Notes: generated by a model not told the origin, from the letters alone. A DNA stretch of 64,000 nucleotides from Octopus sinensis (GCF_006345805.1 NC_043020.1:6138001-6202000), one strand, 5' to 3'. Positions 36,259 through 50,867 are shown, counted from the stretch's first letter. Made by a program: numbers and translations.

Positions 36259-37151
36259 ATGTGTGTGTGTCTATGTCTGTTTATCTACCACGACACAGCT
36301 GTAGAAAATTTCATTTAAAAATATCCGTTTTTCTGAAAGTTACAAGGGAACAAATTTGGCAGGGGTGGGGATACTTGTATAGGTTGATTATATGGAAATT
36401 TGTCATGGAAAAATTTTTCTGAGGGAGTGAAGAGAGTTTTGGAAAATTTACTTGAGTCGGCTTTGTTTCCTCATAACTTTTAAAAAATAAGTTGTTTTTT
36501 TTTGTATAAAATCTACAAATACCTTTGAGATTGAGTAGATTATAATTACATTGGAATTTAAATGCAAAAAAATTATTAAAAAAAAATTGGTGAGCAAGCA
36601 TGGCTTTGTGGTAAGAAGTTTACTTCTCAACCACATGGTTCAGGGTTCAATCCCACTGCATCGCACCATGGGCGTCTTCTATTGTAGTCTTGGGCCAACC
36701 AAAACCTTGCGAGTGGATTTGGTAGACAGAAACTCAAAGAAGCTTGTTGTGCGTGCATGTGTCCACCACCACCACCACCACTTCACAACTGGTGTTAGTG
36801 TGTTTGCATTCCCGTAACTTAGTAGTTCAGCAAAACAGAGCAATAAAATAAGTACTAGGCTTACAAAGAATAAGCCCCAGGGTTGACTTGTTTGACTGAA
36901 GTTGGTGCTCCAGCACAGCCAGTCAAATGACTGAAACAAATAAATTAAAAACAAAACAAATAAACAAATAAAAAGATGCCAGTCAAAATGTTTGGCAGCA
37001 TTTCATCTGTCTTTAGATTCTCGGTTCAAACTCCACCAGGGTCGGATTTGTCGTTCATTCTTTTGGGGTTGATAAAAATACCAGTCAAGCAGAGGGCTTG
37101 ATGGAATCAACTAGTCTCCTCCCACCAAAATTTCACGCCTTGTGTCTATAC

Positions 37152-37546
37152 TCTCTTTACTCTTTTACTTGTTTCAGTCATTTGACTGCGGCCATGCTGG
37201 AGCACCGCCTTTAGTCGAGCAAATCAACCCCAGGATTTATTCTTTGTAAGCCCAGTACTTGTTCTATCGGTCTCTTTTGTCGAACCGCTAAGTGACAGGG
37301 ACATAAACACACCAGCATCGGTTGTCAAGCAATGCCAGGGGGACAAACACAGACACACAAACATATACACACACATACATATACATACGACAGGCTTCTT
37401 TCAGTTTCCATCTACCAAATCCACTCACAAGGCATTGGTCGGCCCGGGGCTATAGCAGAAGACACTTGCCCAAGATACCACGCAGTGGGACTGAACCCAG
37501 AACCATGTGGTTGGTTAGCAAGCTACTTACCACACAGCCACTCCTG
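37152..37546 (-). mobile_element. SINE family 1
   Basis: Reverse-complement copy. Confidence 0.85.
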
Positions 37547-38213
37547 AGGATTATTATTATTATTATTATTATTAAGTGAGAGAGCAATGCATGCCATCAA
37601 AGTGACACCGGGGTGCAAATTATACAACGCCCAACATACCTGTCATGACTTCTCATCCGATAAGAGTGCACCGGGTACATGCACCACAACCATACGTGCA
37701 TGACATGACGATCTCCTAGCAAGATAAACAGCACGACTTTGCAGGTGAGGCCCAGTTAGAATTTCCTTCAGATGAAGCAGCCCATCCTGCTCAATGTAAT
37801 CGGCAAGCCCCGTCTCCCAAAATTTCAGGACTTGTGCATTTAGTAGAAAGAGACATTATCATTTTCAGTTTTATTACTACTGCTCTTTTTTTTACTCTTT
37901 TATTTGTTTCAGTCATTTGACTGCGGCCATGCTGGAGCACCGCCTTTAATCGAGCAACTCGACCCCGGGACTTTTTCTTTTGTAAGCCCAGTACTTATTC
38001 TATCGGTCTCTTTTGCCGAACCGCTAAGTAACGGGGACATAAACACACCAGCATTGGTTGTCAAGCAATGCTAGGGGACAAACACAGACACACAAACATA
38101 TATATATATATATATATAATATATAATATATATAGATATATATATAGATATATATATATATATATATATATATAGATATATATATAGATATATATATAGA
38201 TATATATATATAT

Positions 38214-38248
<35 letters not shown>

Positions 38249-38711
38249 CATATATACATACATATATACGACGGGCTTCTTTCAGTTACCACACAGCCAC
38301 TCCTGCTACTACTATGATTACCGGAACAGCTTTCCTCCCATATCAATACGTTCTCATAAGCACACAAAAACCAGTGGGAAGGTAAAAGAAAGCTGAGAGA
38401 AAACATTCTCGCTGAACCTTCAGGATATTGCTAAATAATGGGGTGGCCCGGGGGTGGCCCGGAGGTGGTGGTGGTGGGGAGAAGTTAAGAAAAACCCAAG
38501 CACTTGCTTGTTCCGTTTCTGTTAAACGAGCAGTAGCAAACCAGAAAGCACAACAGCAACAGTCACACTCCCACTTTCCTCATCCGCTTCTCTTCTCCCC
38601 ACCCCCTCCCGGGCCCCCCCAAAAAGACACAAACAGCGACAGAAAGGAATCTATACTCCCATATATGTCCCTCGAGTTGGATGGCTCACCCATCGAAGGG
38701 TTAAATTAGTT

Positions 38712-39055
38712 ATGCAAAGTGTACCGGATGTCAGCGTTAGTTCACATGCATGCACACACACACACACACAATATATATATATATACATACATACATATAC
38801 ATACATATATATACATATATACAAACACACACATATATATATACATACATACATATACATACATATATACAAACACACACATATATATATACATACATAC
38901 ATATATACATATATACATACACACACACACATATATACATATATATACACACACACACACATATATATATATACACACACACACACATATATATATATAC
39001 ACACACACACACATATATATATATACACACACATACATACATATATATACACACG
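38712..39055. repeat. Compound (TA)/(CA) microsatellite field
   Basis: ACAT/ACAC/ATAT mosaic that yields spurious His-Thr/Tyr-Ile ORFs. Confidence 0.9.
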
Positions 39056-39333
39056 TGGAGCTGCTGAAAAGTTCTTGGCTTTAAGGGTATCCTGTAAACA
39101 CACCAGCATCGGTTGTCAAGTGATGTTGGGGGGACAAACACAGATACACACACACACACACATATTTACATGATGGGCTTCTTTCAGTTTCCGTCTACCA
39201 AATCCACTCACAAGGCTTTGGTCGGCCCGAGGCTACAGTAGAAGACACTTGCCCAAGGTGCCACGCAGTGGGACTGAACCCAGAACCATGTAGCTGTGAA
39301 GCAAGCTACTTACCACACAGCCACTCCTACGCC

Positions 39334-39364
<31 letters not shown>

Positions 39365-41466
39365 GAGATTTTGAATTTAGTTCATGGACCCCCAGTGCTA
39401 CCTTTGCAGACCACCAAGGGTCTGTGGACCCCAGGTTGGGAACCATTGCATAAATCGATTTACTGCATGTTAATCAAGTTCAACACCTAGGTTGAAATAT
39501 ACTATCTTTGTTTCAATTAATTATGCAAATAACGAGGAATTTAGTAAATTAATTGTGTTGGTATGAACCCTTTAGCATTCAAGTTACTCTGTCAATCAAA
39601 TGTATTCCTTATTCATGCTCGTTGTTTAGGGCAGGCAAGGGTGTGTGCACAAGCGCAGGGCATGGTTGAGTGCATAAGTGGCTGAGTGCAAAGGCATAGA
39701 TGCAGCTAAGTACATAGGCACAGGCATGGTTTCATGGTAAGAAGTTTGCTTCCCAACCACGTGGTTCCGGGTTCAGTCCCACTGCATGGAACCTTGGGCA
39801 AGCGTCTTCTACTATAACCCCGGGTCGACCAAAGTCTTGTGAGTGGATTTGGTAGATGGAAACTGAAAGAAACCCATCATGTGTGTGTGTGTGTCTGTGT
39901 GATCACCCCTTGCTAACCGGTGTTGGTGTGTTTATGTCCCTATAACATAGCAGTTCAGCAAAAGAACAAGTACTAAGCTTAAGAAATAAGTCCTGGGCTC
40001 GATTTATTCAACTAAAAGCCTTCAAGGCAGTGCTCCAGTATGACCGCAGTCAAATGACTGACACAAGTAAAAGAGTATTTTGTAGCTTCAAGATCTTGAT
40101 AATGCAATTGCTTATTTTTAGAATGACATTGTAGGATAGGTTCAAGACGTAGGATCTGGCCAGTTTCACCATAAAAAACAGACAGAATATTGGGGCCAGA
40201 CATTTCCTCATTAGCCCTTTAACATTCAAATTACTCTGCCAAATATAATGCTTATTTATTCATATTGTATGGGATGCTCCTGGTCCTGTATAAATTACAT
40301 CAAGGTACCACACTTAACAACATGAAAGGACATGAGAGAGAAAGAGAAAGTGAGAAAGTAACAGTCTTACATACCCTTATAAAACAGGATGATCACGGTT
40401 AGAATGTCATTCATCATAAGTCAACTTGATCAAGGCTGACCTTGAGCTTAACAACATCATATTAATAGGTCCACTGTCTTGTTCAAAGAGCTACACCAAC
40501 CCTGTATTTATAGTATCCAAGGATTGCAGTTATCTGAACTTACAGGAGTTATATCCCTTGCTTTTCTGTTTCTTCGTTTATTTTCAGATCTTTAAAAATC
40601 ACCATGGGGTAGTTTTCTCAGCAGCTCCAGTTTTTTTCAACTGACTACGTTATGGACACACTCCTGTATTTATACTTTCGGTATGACCAAACATTTCTCA
40701 AGCATATTCCTTTTCAGTCATAACACACACTATATCCTGTTGCATCTGAATCGATGTGTTACAAAAGCATAATTAGAAACTAATTAACTCCTGTAAACTC
40801 CCAGCAGCCAAGAAAAACAAAAACAAGTGTTTAATATGACAGCTTAGTTACTATTGATAATTTTAAATAATTTTATAATTAGTTCCTTGAGCTGGTAGAA
40901 TCAGTAACACACCGGACGAAATCCTTAGTAGTATTTCATCTGCTGCTAAGTTCTGAGTTCAAATTCCACTGAAGTCGACTTGCCTTTCATCCTTTCAGGT
41001 CAATGAAATAAATACCAGTTGCGTACTGGGGTCAATGTAATCAAATGTACCCCTCCCCCCAAAATTCAAGCCCTGTGCCTATAACAAAAAAGATTATTTC
41101 TACAACTAACTTATGTATCATTTCAATACATACCCATGTGTCTTCTGCTATAGCCCTGGGCCGATCACCTTGTCAGTGGATTTGGTAGACAGAAACTGAA
41201 AGAAGCCGGAAGCAGAAAGAAGCAGAACTGGAAGGTGGCGTGCCGGACGAAATGCTTAGCAATATTTCATCTGCCGTTACATTCTGAGTTCAAATTCCGC
41301 TGAGGTCGACTTTGCCTTTCATCCTTTCGAGGTTGATAAATTAAGTACCAGTTACGCACTGGAGTCGATGTAATCGACTTAATCCCCTTGTCTGTCCTTG
41401 CTTGTCCCCCCCCTCTATGTTTAGTCTCTTGTGGGCAATAAAGAAATAAGAAACTGAAAGAAGCCC

Positions 41467-41683
41467 AGGGGGTGTTGAAAAGTTCCTAGCTCTAAGAGTA
41501 CCGTGAAACACCAGGTTGGAGGCCCAATGTTCCAGGTTCTTTTACAGGGCTTAGAAAAACTGAAGGACCACTGCAATAAATGTGTGAACCCGAGAGCGGA
41601 AGATGTTCAATAAAATCATAATTGACTGATTCTCCTGTATTTTCTTTTATCCAAAGCCAGGAACTTTTCCACACCCCATCATA
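41467..41683 (+). mobile_element. Mariner-derived MITE
   Basis: TIRs GGGGTGTTGAAAAGTTCCTAGCT / AGCCAGGAACTTTTCCACACCCC; the interior resembles a transposase C-terminus (GLEKL...CNKCV). Confidence 0.65.
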
Positions 41684-43472
41684 TGTATTATTTATGTACA
41701 TGCCTATGTGTCTTCTGCTATAGCCCTGGGCCAACTATCTTGTGAGTGGATTTGCTAGACAGAAACTGAAAGAAGCTCAGCGTGTGTGTGTGTGTGTGTT
41801 TATGTTTGTCTGCTCCACCACTACTTCACAACTAGTGTTGGTTTGTTTACGTCCTCATAACTTAACAGTCCAACAAATGAGGACGATAAAATGAGTACCA
41901 AGCTTTAAGAAAAATTTTTTTTTAGTTTTTTTTTAAATATTAGATTCAATTTGTTCAACTAAAAACTTTTCAAAGTGGTGCTGCTCCAGCATGACCAAAT
42001 TCTAATGACTGAAACAAAGTAAAAGCTGAAAGATATATATTCTTGTATTTATGCATTATATATCATCATCATCACTATTGACCATCTGCTTTTCCATGCC
42101 CTTCCTGTTGACAACCCTTATCCAAGGTAATATTTAACCATGGCCAGTCACAGAAGAGTGGCACCAAACGACATCACTTGTATGATGGTGATGCTTGTTT
42201 ACAGCAATCTCCTGACGTCAACACAAAGCTACACACACACACAATGGGCTTCTTTCAGTTTCCTTCTACTGAATCCATTCACAAAGCTTTGGTCAGTGGT
42301 CAGTTTGGGGCTGTAGTAGAAGACGCTGGTGTGGGACTGAACTCAAGACCATGCAGTTGGGAAGCAAGCTTCTAAACCCCACAGCCATGCCTTGGAGAAT
42401 AAAACAGGGATTACATTTTATAAGAATCTAATGGGGACTGAAAAAAGCATGGAAATGGGAGACAAAAAAATTTCGGAAAAAATATTTTTTGGAATCATAA
42501 TTTTCATTGAGATACTATAATCATCATCATCATCATTTAACGTCCGCTTTCCATGCTAGCATGGGTTGGACGGTTCAACTGGGGTCTGGGGAGCCCGAAG
42601 GCTGCACCAGGCCAGTCAGATCTGGCAGTGTTTCTACAGCTGCATGCCCTTCCTAACGCCAACCACTCCGAGAGGATTTTATGTGCCACCGACACAGGTG
42701 CCAGACGAGGCTGGCAGACAGCCACGCTCGGATGGTGTTTTTTATGTGCTACCGACACAGGTGCCAGACGAGGCTGGCAGACAGCCACGCTCGGATGGTG
42801 TTTTTTATGTGCCACCGACACACTATAATATTAAAAACAATAAGAAAAAAAACACCCCAAAACTCCAACTAATTCCATACCCTTTCCCCTCTCCTTGTGA
42901 GCACCAGAGTAGTCATTGTGTGAGGCCTTGAATGCTTGGAGACCTGGGCAAGCATTAGTAATTCAGCCCCACTCACAGCCCATTTACCCCAGCCTGACAA
43001 AAGCCAGACAAAAGGTTTTCTGAAAGAAGAGCTTTCAATGTGCTGCTCGCCAGACAACGATATTAATTCTATTCTCCGAGCAGATCGTATGAAATGAGTG
43101 ATTTAAGCAGATTTAAACAATAACCCAGATGAATCAATAAGCCTGTTCTAGATCGTTCTCTGAACTATGTTGTATGGTTGTGTACAGCTCTGTCGACAGA
43201 CGCTTAATAATAAACTGGTAAACATTTCCAAGTCTTTCACTATCTACACTCTCAAAAGTGATTAAATATTTACCTGCTCAGATCAGGTTTCAGTCAAAGT
43301 CACAATTTAAGCACTGCTACAAATCACTTTGGCAATTCTATAAGCCGGCCACAAACGCATTAAAAGTTACTCCCCAGAAAGCTAACACGCAAAAAGGAAA
43401 AATTACCTTTAAGTAGGGACAGGGAATGCCAAAAACACCAATAAAATTTAAAAAATAAAATGAAACTATGTG

Positions 43473-43733
43473 CACATCATCATCATCATTGTTCGACCGT
43501 GGTCGAGACAATGGAATTTACCATGCTACGCCAGACTTCACGGTCCATCATGGCATTACGGAGGTCCTGTTGCTGGATGCCTGTATCCCTGAAGATTACA
43601 TCAGGGTAGGAGAGTGTGCGCCCTTTGGTATTGCGAGTAGATGGCTTCCAGAGGAGAAGAGTAGAAATTGCCCTGTTTTCAGCTCTACAACAATGTCCAG
43701 CAAACTGGACTCTTCTACCTTTCACAAGAGATG
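43473..43733 (-). mobile_element. RTE LINE 3' fragment (same family as 8005-8622), copy 1
   Basis: RRVQFAGHCCR...IVSTTVEQ* followed by a (TGA)n tail. Confidence 0.88.
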
Positions 43734-43758
43734 ATATGTATGTATATATATATATATA

Positions 43759-44068
43759 TCATCATCATCATTGTTCGACCGTGGTCGAGACAATGGAATT
43801 TACCATGCTACGCCAGACTTCACGGTCCATCATGGCATTACGGAGGTCCTGTTGCTGGATGCCTGTATCCCTGAAGATTACATCAGGGTAGGAGAGTGTG
43901 TGCCCTCTGGTATTGCGAGTAGATGGCTTCCAGAGGAGAAGAGGAGAAATTATTTCTTTTTCAGCTCTACAACAATGTCCAGCAAACTGGACTCTCCCAC
44001 CTTTCACAAGAGATGACACGGGTGGTAGTTTCCCATATATTTGCATTTTGGTTGGATGGCGCTTCCAT
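43759..44068 (-). mobile_element. RTE LINE 3' fragment, copy 2 in tandem
   Basis: WKRHPTKMQIYGKLPP...IVSTTVEQ* followed by a (TGA)n tail. Confidence 0.88.
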
Positions 44069-45272
44069 GTGCACAAATAGATCTTGCATCTTTTGTTTGT
44101 TTCAGTCATTAGACTGCAGCCATTCTGAGGCCATCGCCTTGAAAGGCTTTGTGAAAGAAACCAACGCCAGTTCTAAGTCTGGGACTTATTCTATTGGTCT
44201 CTTTTCCTGAACTGCTAAGTTACAGGGATAAACAATAGGCACAGGTGTAGATATTTGCGGCAAGAAGGTGGCAAGCTGGCAGAAACGTTAGCACACCAGG
44301 TGAAATGCTTTGCGGTATTTCGTCTGCCGTTACGTTCTGAGTTCAAATTCCGCCGAGGTCGACTTTGCCTTTCATCCTTTCGGGGTCGATAAATTAAGTA
44401 CCAGTTACACACTGGGGTTGATGTAATTGACTTAATCCCTTTGTCTGTCCTTTTTGTCCCCTCTATGTTTAGCCCCTTGTGGGAAATAAATAAGATGCTT
44501 GCTTCCCAACCACATGGTTCCAGGTTCAGCCCCACTGTGTGGAACCTTGACAACCGATGTTGGTGTGTTTATGTCCCCATAATTTAGTGGTTCAACAAAA
44601 AAGGCCAATAGAATAAGTACTAGGCTTACAAAGAATAAGTCCAAGGGTCGATTTTTTTCCAATTAAAGCCTTTTAAGGTGGTGCTCCAGCATGGCCACAG
44701 TCAAATGACCGAAACATGTAACAGAATAAAAGAGTAACTGAACACCAGTTGTCAAATGGAAAGGAGACAAATACAAAGGCACAGAGGCTTCACACAGTTT
44801 CCATCAACTAAATTCACTAACAAAGATCTTATAGCCTGAAGATATAGTAGAAGACACTTGCCTAAGGTGCCATGCAGTGGGACTGAACCTGAAACCATGT
44901 AGGTGCAATGTGATTTTTTTTTCTTTAATCCTGACACGTAAAAAGCACGAAGTCCACTCTGCTGAGTGGTTGGTGTCAGGAAGGGCATCCAGCTGTGAAA
45001 ATCCTACCAAAACAGTCACAGAAGTCCAGCTCTTGTCAAACCATCCCATGAAAGGCGGACGTTAATGATGATGATGATGAATTGGCAGATATCGTTCAAT
45101 TGATGTTTTGTTAGAGAACAACAGATATTCATCAACAGAGATTTCAGAAATTTGACCTGGAAATGGCCATCATCAACTGGCGCCTGACTGTCTGCTTTTC
45201 AGAAGAGCCAAAGCATACAACGCTCTTATTCAGAGAAATCAAGTTGCAAATGGAAGATTTTTTTACAAAGAT

Positions 45273-46240
45273 GCCAAGTAAAAAGCACCCAGTCCACTCT
45301 GTGGGGTGTTGGTGTTAGGAAGGGCGTCCAGCTTTAAAAACCTTGCCAAAACTGACCTCGCCTGTGCTGGTGCCATGTAAAAAGCACCCAGTCCACTCTG
45401 TGGGGTGGTTGGTGTTAGGAAGGGCGTCCAGCTGTAAAAACCTTGCCAAAACTGACCTCGCCTGTGCTGGTGTCATGTAAAAAGCACCCAGTCCACTCTG
45501 TGGGGTGGTTGGTGTTAGGAAGGGCGTCCAGCTGTAAAAACCTTGCCAAAACTGACCTCGCCTGTGCTGGTGTCATGTAAAAAGCACCCAGTCCACTCTG
45601 TGGGGTGGTTGGTGTTAGGAAGGGCGTCCAGCTGTAAAAACCTTGCCAAAACTGACCTCGCCTGTGCTGGTGTCATGTAAAAAGCACCCAGTCCACTCTG
45701 TGGGGTGGTTGGTGTTAGGAAGGGCGTCCAGCTGTAAAAACCTTGCCAAAACTGACCTCGCCTGTGCTGGTGCCACGTAAAAAGCACCCAGTCCACTCTG
45801 TGGGGTGGTTGGTGTTAGGAAGGGCGTCCAGCTTTAAAAACCTTGCCAAAACTGACCTCACCTGTGCTGGTGCCATGTAAAAAGCACCCAGTCCACTCTG
45901 TGGGGTGGTTGGTGTGAGGGAGGGCGCCCAGCTGTAAAAACCTTGCCAAAACTGACCTCGCCTGTGCTGGTGCCATGTAAAAAGCACCCAGTCCACTCTG
46001 TGGGGTGGTTGGTGTTATGAAGGGTGTCCAGGTGTAGAAACGTTGCCAAAACTGACCTCACCTCAGCTGGTGCCACATAAAAAGCATTAAGTCCACTCTG
46101 CTGAGTGGTTAGTGTTAGGAAGGGCGTCCAGATGTAAAAACCTTGCCAAAACTGACCTCACCTGTGCTTGTGCCACGTAAAAAGCACTCCGTCCACTCTG
46201 CGGGGTGGTTGATGTTAGGAAGAGCATCCAGCCATAAAAA
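45273..46240 (+). repeat. 100-bp tandem array, about 10 units
   Basis: AAAAAGCAC at 45280, 45379, 45479 ... 46179. Confidence 0.92.
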
Positions 46241-46733
46241 CCATGACAGAACAGACACAGAAGTCTGGTGCAGGACTCCTACATGGTCAGCTCCTGTCAA
46301 ACCAACCAACACATGCCAGCATGGAAGGCAGATGTTGAACGATGAAGTTTTTTTCCCAATTTTCCTTTATCATCAGATAAGGTAGATGACAATGATGGTG
46401 ACCTGGATAGCAGAGAAGAAAGTGATACTTCAGCTAGTTCTGGATGGGGAAAAATGTGGATTATTGATGGAAGAAATCCAGTCACAAACAGTTTTTACAG
46501 CAAGTCTTTTCATTTTTAAAATTCTTTTACTTGTTTCAGTCATACTGGTGCACCACCTTGAAGGATTTTCCTCAAAGAAGTTGACCCCAGGATATATTCC
46601 TTATAAACCTTGTACTTAGTACTTATTCTATTGGTCTCCTTTGCCAAACTACTAAGTTACGAGGACATAAACACACCAGCATAGGTTGTCAAGTGATGGT
46701 AGAGGGACAAACATAGAGACACATACACACACA

Positions 46734-47241
46734 TAAGTTCTGAATTAAAATCTTCCACCAAACCTTAGTCACAATTTATGTTCCCAACGCTAGCTGAATG
46801 ATAACTAAGTTATTTTACTAAATTCTTTGTTATATTCAAAGTAATTGAAAGAAACACAGAGCATCTCAACAGAAATATGGTAACAAAAGGGTTAATCTTT
46901 TTCGCTCTGTGGAATTTCCACAGGTCCCATTAGTATTGATGTTGAAGATATGAAAGGTGAAGATGACCTCAGCAGTAATAAAATCATTCTTCCTTTCTTA
47001 AATAGCTTATTTTAACCCTTTTGATACAAACCTGGCTGAAACCACCTCTGGCTCTGTAATACAAATGTCTTGTTTTCATAAGTTCTGAATTAAAATCTTC
47101 CACCAAACCTTAGTCACAATTTATGTTCCTAACACTAGCTGAATGATAACTAAGTTCTTTTACTAAATTCTTTGATATATTTAAAATTAATTGAAAGAAA
47201 CACAGAGCATCTCAAAACAAATACAGTAACGAAAGAGTTAA
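46734..47241 (-). mobile_element. Second copy of the composite piggyBac-like MITE pair (left part truncated by a SINE)
   Basis: The reverse complement of the 46896-47011 spacer is nearly identical to 1104-1215, and the same two MITE variants occur in the same order. Confidence 0.75.
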
Positions 47242-49499
47242 TCCTGGATACAAAGGAAAGTGAATATTTTACAGATTTTTATGAAAATGAAGTTATAGTT
47301 TTCCTATTTTGCACTTATTTAAAGTGAAAATGAGACTAAAAATAATCCTAGAAAAATAGATGTGTTTTCCCCCGCTGTTTATATGACAACGTAATCATGT
47401 CATCATCCTGTGCCCATATGATAATTGCATAAACTAATAAACTTGATTTGATTTCAGATAAATGAGTTTTAGAATCGAAACAATTTATATCTGCCTAGCA
47501 ACATCCCAATCAGAAATATCGGGAGGAGTTGATTTGCTGATAGTCTGTCACAAACATAGGATTTACTAAAGACAAGAAACACCATGGTAGTTGAGAGAAG
47601 GGCTCCACCATCATGAACCCTGTGACACTACACCCAGAAAAAATTTCTTAAAAACGGTACCCAGAATGGTAAAGATGACCTAAAACAAGATCAGTAATTG
47701 TTTATTGATCATGGTGTTTTATCTACTTTCCAGTATAGATAACATCTATACTTTGATTATTATATATACACCAGCTAAACTGGTGAAAATTCCAAACATT
47801 AATCATAAATTGCCTATGACTAAAGATCAATATGATAATTTTAATAATGTACTTGTTCTATAAATGTATACATAGAAATAATACAACATCTAGTTACATC
47901 AATAATAATGCTGCTAACACATCGATATATATATATATATATGTAATCGAAGCCTTTCCCTCTATCACTGGTTTTGGTAACAAAGCTAAGACAAAAACTC
48001 ATACCGTCTCTCTAAAGACAACAACTGATGAACTAACTAGCCTGTTACTTCAGCCACCTACTCTGAAGATATAAAATGCAAGATAAAGAACGATATAGGC
48101 ACAGGTTTGGCTGTGTGTAACAAGTTTGCTTCCCAACCACATGGCTCTGGGTTCCGTCCCACTGCATGGCATATGGCACCTTGGCTAAGTATCTTGTACT
48201 ATAGCCTTGAACTGACCAGAGTTTTGCGAGTGGAAACCCATAAGAAACCCATAATATAGACTTGTGAATATATGTGTGTATGTATGTATGTATGTATCTA
48301 TTCCTGTGTCTTTATGTTTAGGTTTGTCACCCACCACAGTTTGACAATGTTGGTTTATTTATGTCCACATAACTTAGCAGTTCAGAAAAAGTGTTCCAGC
48401 ATGGCCACAACCCAATACTTGGAAACAAGTAAAACAAAAGACCTGGACTACTTGTTTTGAAGATGTAAAACAAACTAACAAATAAACAAGGTACAGTCCA
48501 GATTTATTTACCAATTTCGGTGCAGGCATCACCCTATGGTAAGAAACTTGCTTCCCAACTACATGGTTCTGAGTTCAATCCCATTGCATGGAACCTTAAG
48601 GCAAGTATTTTCTACTATAGCCTCGAGCCAACCAAATCCTTGTGAGTGAATTTAGTAGATGGAAACTGGAAAAAGCCTGCCGTGTGTGTGTGTGTGTGTG
48701 TGTGTATCCACTACCACTGCTTGACAACTGGTGTTGGTGTGTTTATGTCCCATAACTTAGTGGTTCAGAAAAAGAGACCGATAGATTAAGTACCAGGCTT
48801 TAAAAAAAAAATAGTTCTGAGTCAATTTGTTCAACTGAAAACTCTTGAAGGCAGAGCTCCAGCAAGGCCACAGTCTAATGCCCGAAACAAGTAAAAGGTA
48901 ATTCAATTTACCTAATTTTAATTTATCTATCAATACACCTGCGTATTTACCTGTCATCTGTCAATATGTTTAACTTTATGTATTGATATCTCTACCTGGT
49001 ATCTATCCACCTCTCTTCCTGTCTACATATTTGTATATATTTATTTACTTTGACAAATACAGAATACAAGAAATAAGACAAACACACCCAGCAACCAGAT
49101 CTGTCCCAACCTACAAAGGCAGCTTCAATTTCATCTATCAATCATTCTATCTATCTATCTATCTATCCACCTGCCTGTCAATCTATCCATCTATCAATCA
49201 TAATCTTCATCATTTAGCATCCACTTTCCATGCTGACTATCTATCTATCCATCTATCTACCCAACTGGCCATCTATCTATCTACCCATCCATCCATCCAT
49301 CCACCTGTCTATCCATCTATCATCATCAAGCACCCATTTTCCATGCTGTCATGGGTTAGACCATTTGACTGGAGCTAGTAACCAGGCCCCAGTCCAATTT
49401 TAATTTGGTTTCTACGACTGTAAATAATTTCATTATATTATATGATGAAGACGACTGTATGCTTTTCCTAACATCAACCATTCCAAGAGTGTAGTGAGT

Positions 49500-49846
49500 G
49501 CTCTTTACATGTCACCAGCAAGGGTGCCCTTTACGTGGCACCAGCACGGGTGCCCTTTACCTGTCACCGACATGGATGCCCTTTACGTGTCACCAACACA
49601 GGTACCATTCATAGGGCACCAGCATGGGTGCCCTTTACGTGTCTCCAGCACGGGTGCCCTTTACGTGTCTCCAGCACGGGTGCCCTTTACGTATCACCAG
49701 CACAGGTGCCCTTTACGTATCACCAGCACAGGTAGCCTTTATGTGTCCCCAGCACAAGTGCCCTTTACGTGTCCCCAGCACAAGTGCCCTTTATGTGTCA
49801 CCAGCACAAGTGCCCTTTACATGTCTCCAGCACAAGTGCCCTTTAC
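49500..49846 (-). repeat. 26-bp minisatellite, about 13 units
   Basis: Unit GTGTCACCAGCACRGGTGCCCTTTAC; CTTTAC recurs from 49503 to 49841. Confidence 0.88.
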
Positions 49847-50554
49847 TCATCACCTATTCTGTATGTCTATCACTCAATCTATCAATTCTGTCTATCTATC
49901 TGTCTATCCCTCTATCAAGCATTCTCTCTCTTCCTCTCCCTCTATCCATCTACTTTCTATCTGAAATCTGTAACAACAAAATTCTTATTGTTTAAAACCC
50001 GTCACTATTCCTCTCTTTTGTTATACTAACACTTAACAGTGCATAGATTATATTCACAACATAAAAAATAATACAAAGAGAGAGAGAAAAAAACCCAGAA
50101 AACAGAGAAGAACTGTTCAATGGCACATAAACTTGTTACACAAAGAACTGTTGTTCAACCTGCTGAAAATAGCAGTCAAAACTCCAATACACACTTTACC
50201 CTCCCATGTTAAATAAAGGCTGTACTGAAAGTATATTTCCTGATGTACAAAACTAGAATGCTTTTCCTTAAAGATTTGCTTGGTTACTAACTCATGAAGG
50301 AAATAGCAATTATAAATACGTTGAGTCAACAAGAGGCTCTCTCTCTATCTCTTGTTGAAAGTAAACTACACTCTTGAGTCACCCAATCCACTTCACAGGT
50401 CACCAGAATTCCCCTCATACCACATCCTACTATCAAGAATTTGCACAGGAAAACATTATACATATATATATTGGTAAAAACGGTAAGATCACAAAAGAAA
50501 GAAAGAGACCTCAGTATTATGTAAATTTCATTTCATTTGAGTTTGAGTCCATGC

Positions 50555-50867
50555 TCAGGCCAAGTCGAAGACTCCACCCTCAGAGTCTGGTGTGGTTGCC
50601 AGGTTGGATTCTCTGTTTAATTTTGACATGTGTAGGAGCGAGTTTGAGTCAGTTTGTGCTCGTTGTGTATATCCTGGGAGATGGGGTTCATCTCTAATGG
50701 TGCTTAAGTATCTATCCAGCTGCAATTTGAATGATTCCACACTGCATCCTGATAGATTTCTGACATGTACCGGAATGGAGTTGAATAGTTGTGCTCCTCG
50801 AACCAACAGACTTGACTCTCGCAGGGTTTTTGCTGCCTGGCCAGCCTTTTTGTTGATTGGAAATTCC
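50555..50867 (-). mobile_element. CR1/L2/Jockey-group LINE 3' ORF2 fragment
   Basis: KTLRESSLLVRGAQLFNSIPVHVRNLSGCSVESFKLQLDRYLSTIRDEP..PGY...SNSLLHM* is typical of an ORF2 C-terminus. Confidence 0.75.

Noticed and set aside
43274-43381. 108-nt minus-strand segment with a good acceptor and donor
   Set aside because: Stops in all three frames. It could be a non-coding exon, but nothing else supports it.
46375-46520. Acidic open stretch DKVDDNDGDLDSREESD (plus) / ELAEVSLSSLL (minus)
   Set aside because: No usable donor on either strand and no recognisable homology.
50380-50460. GMRGILVTC peptide resembling the THUMPD1 N-terminal motif
   Set aside because: Only a 9-residue similarity; flanking residues and splice sites do not fit.
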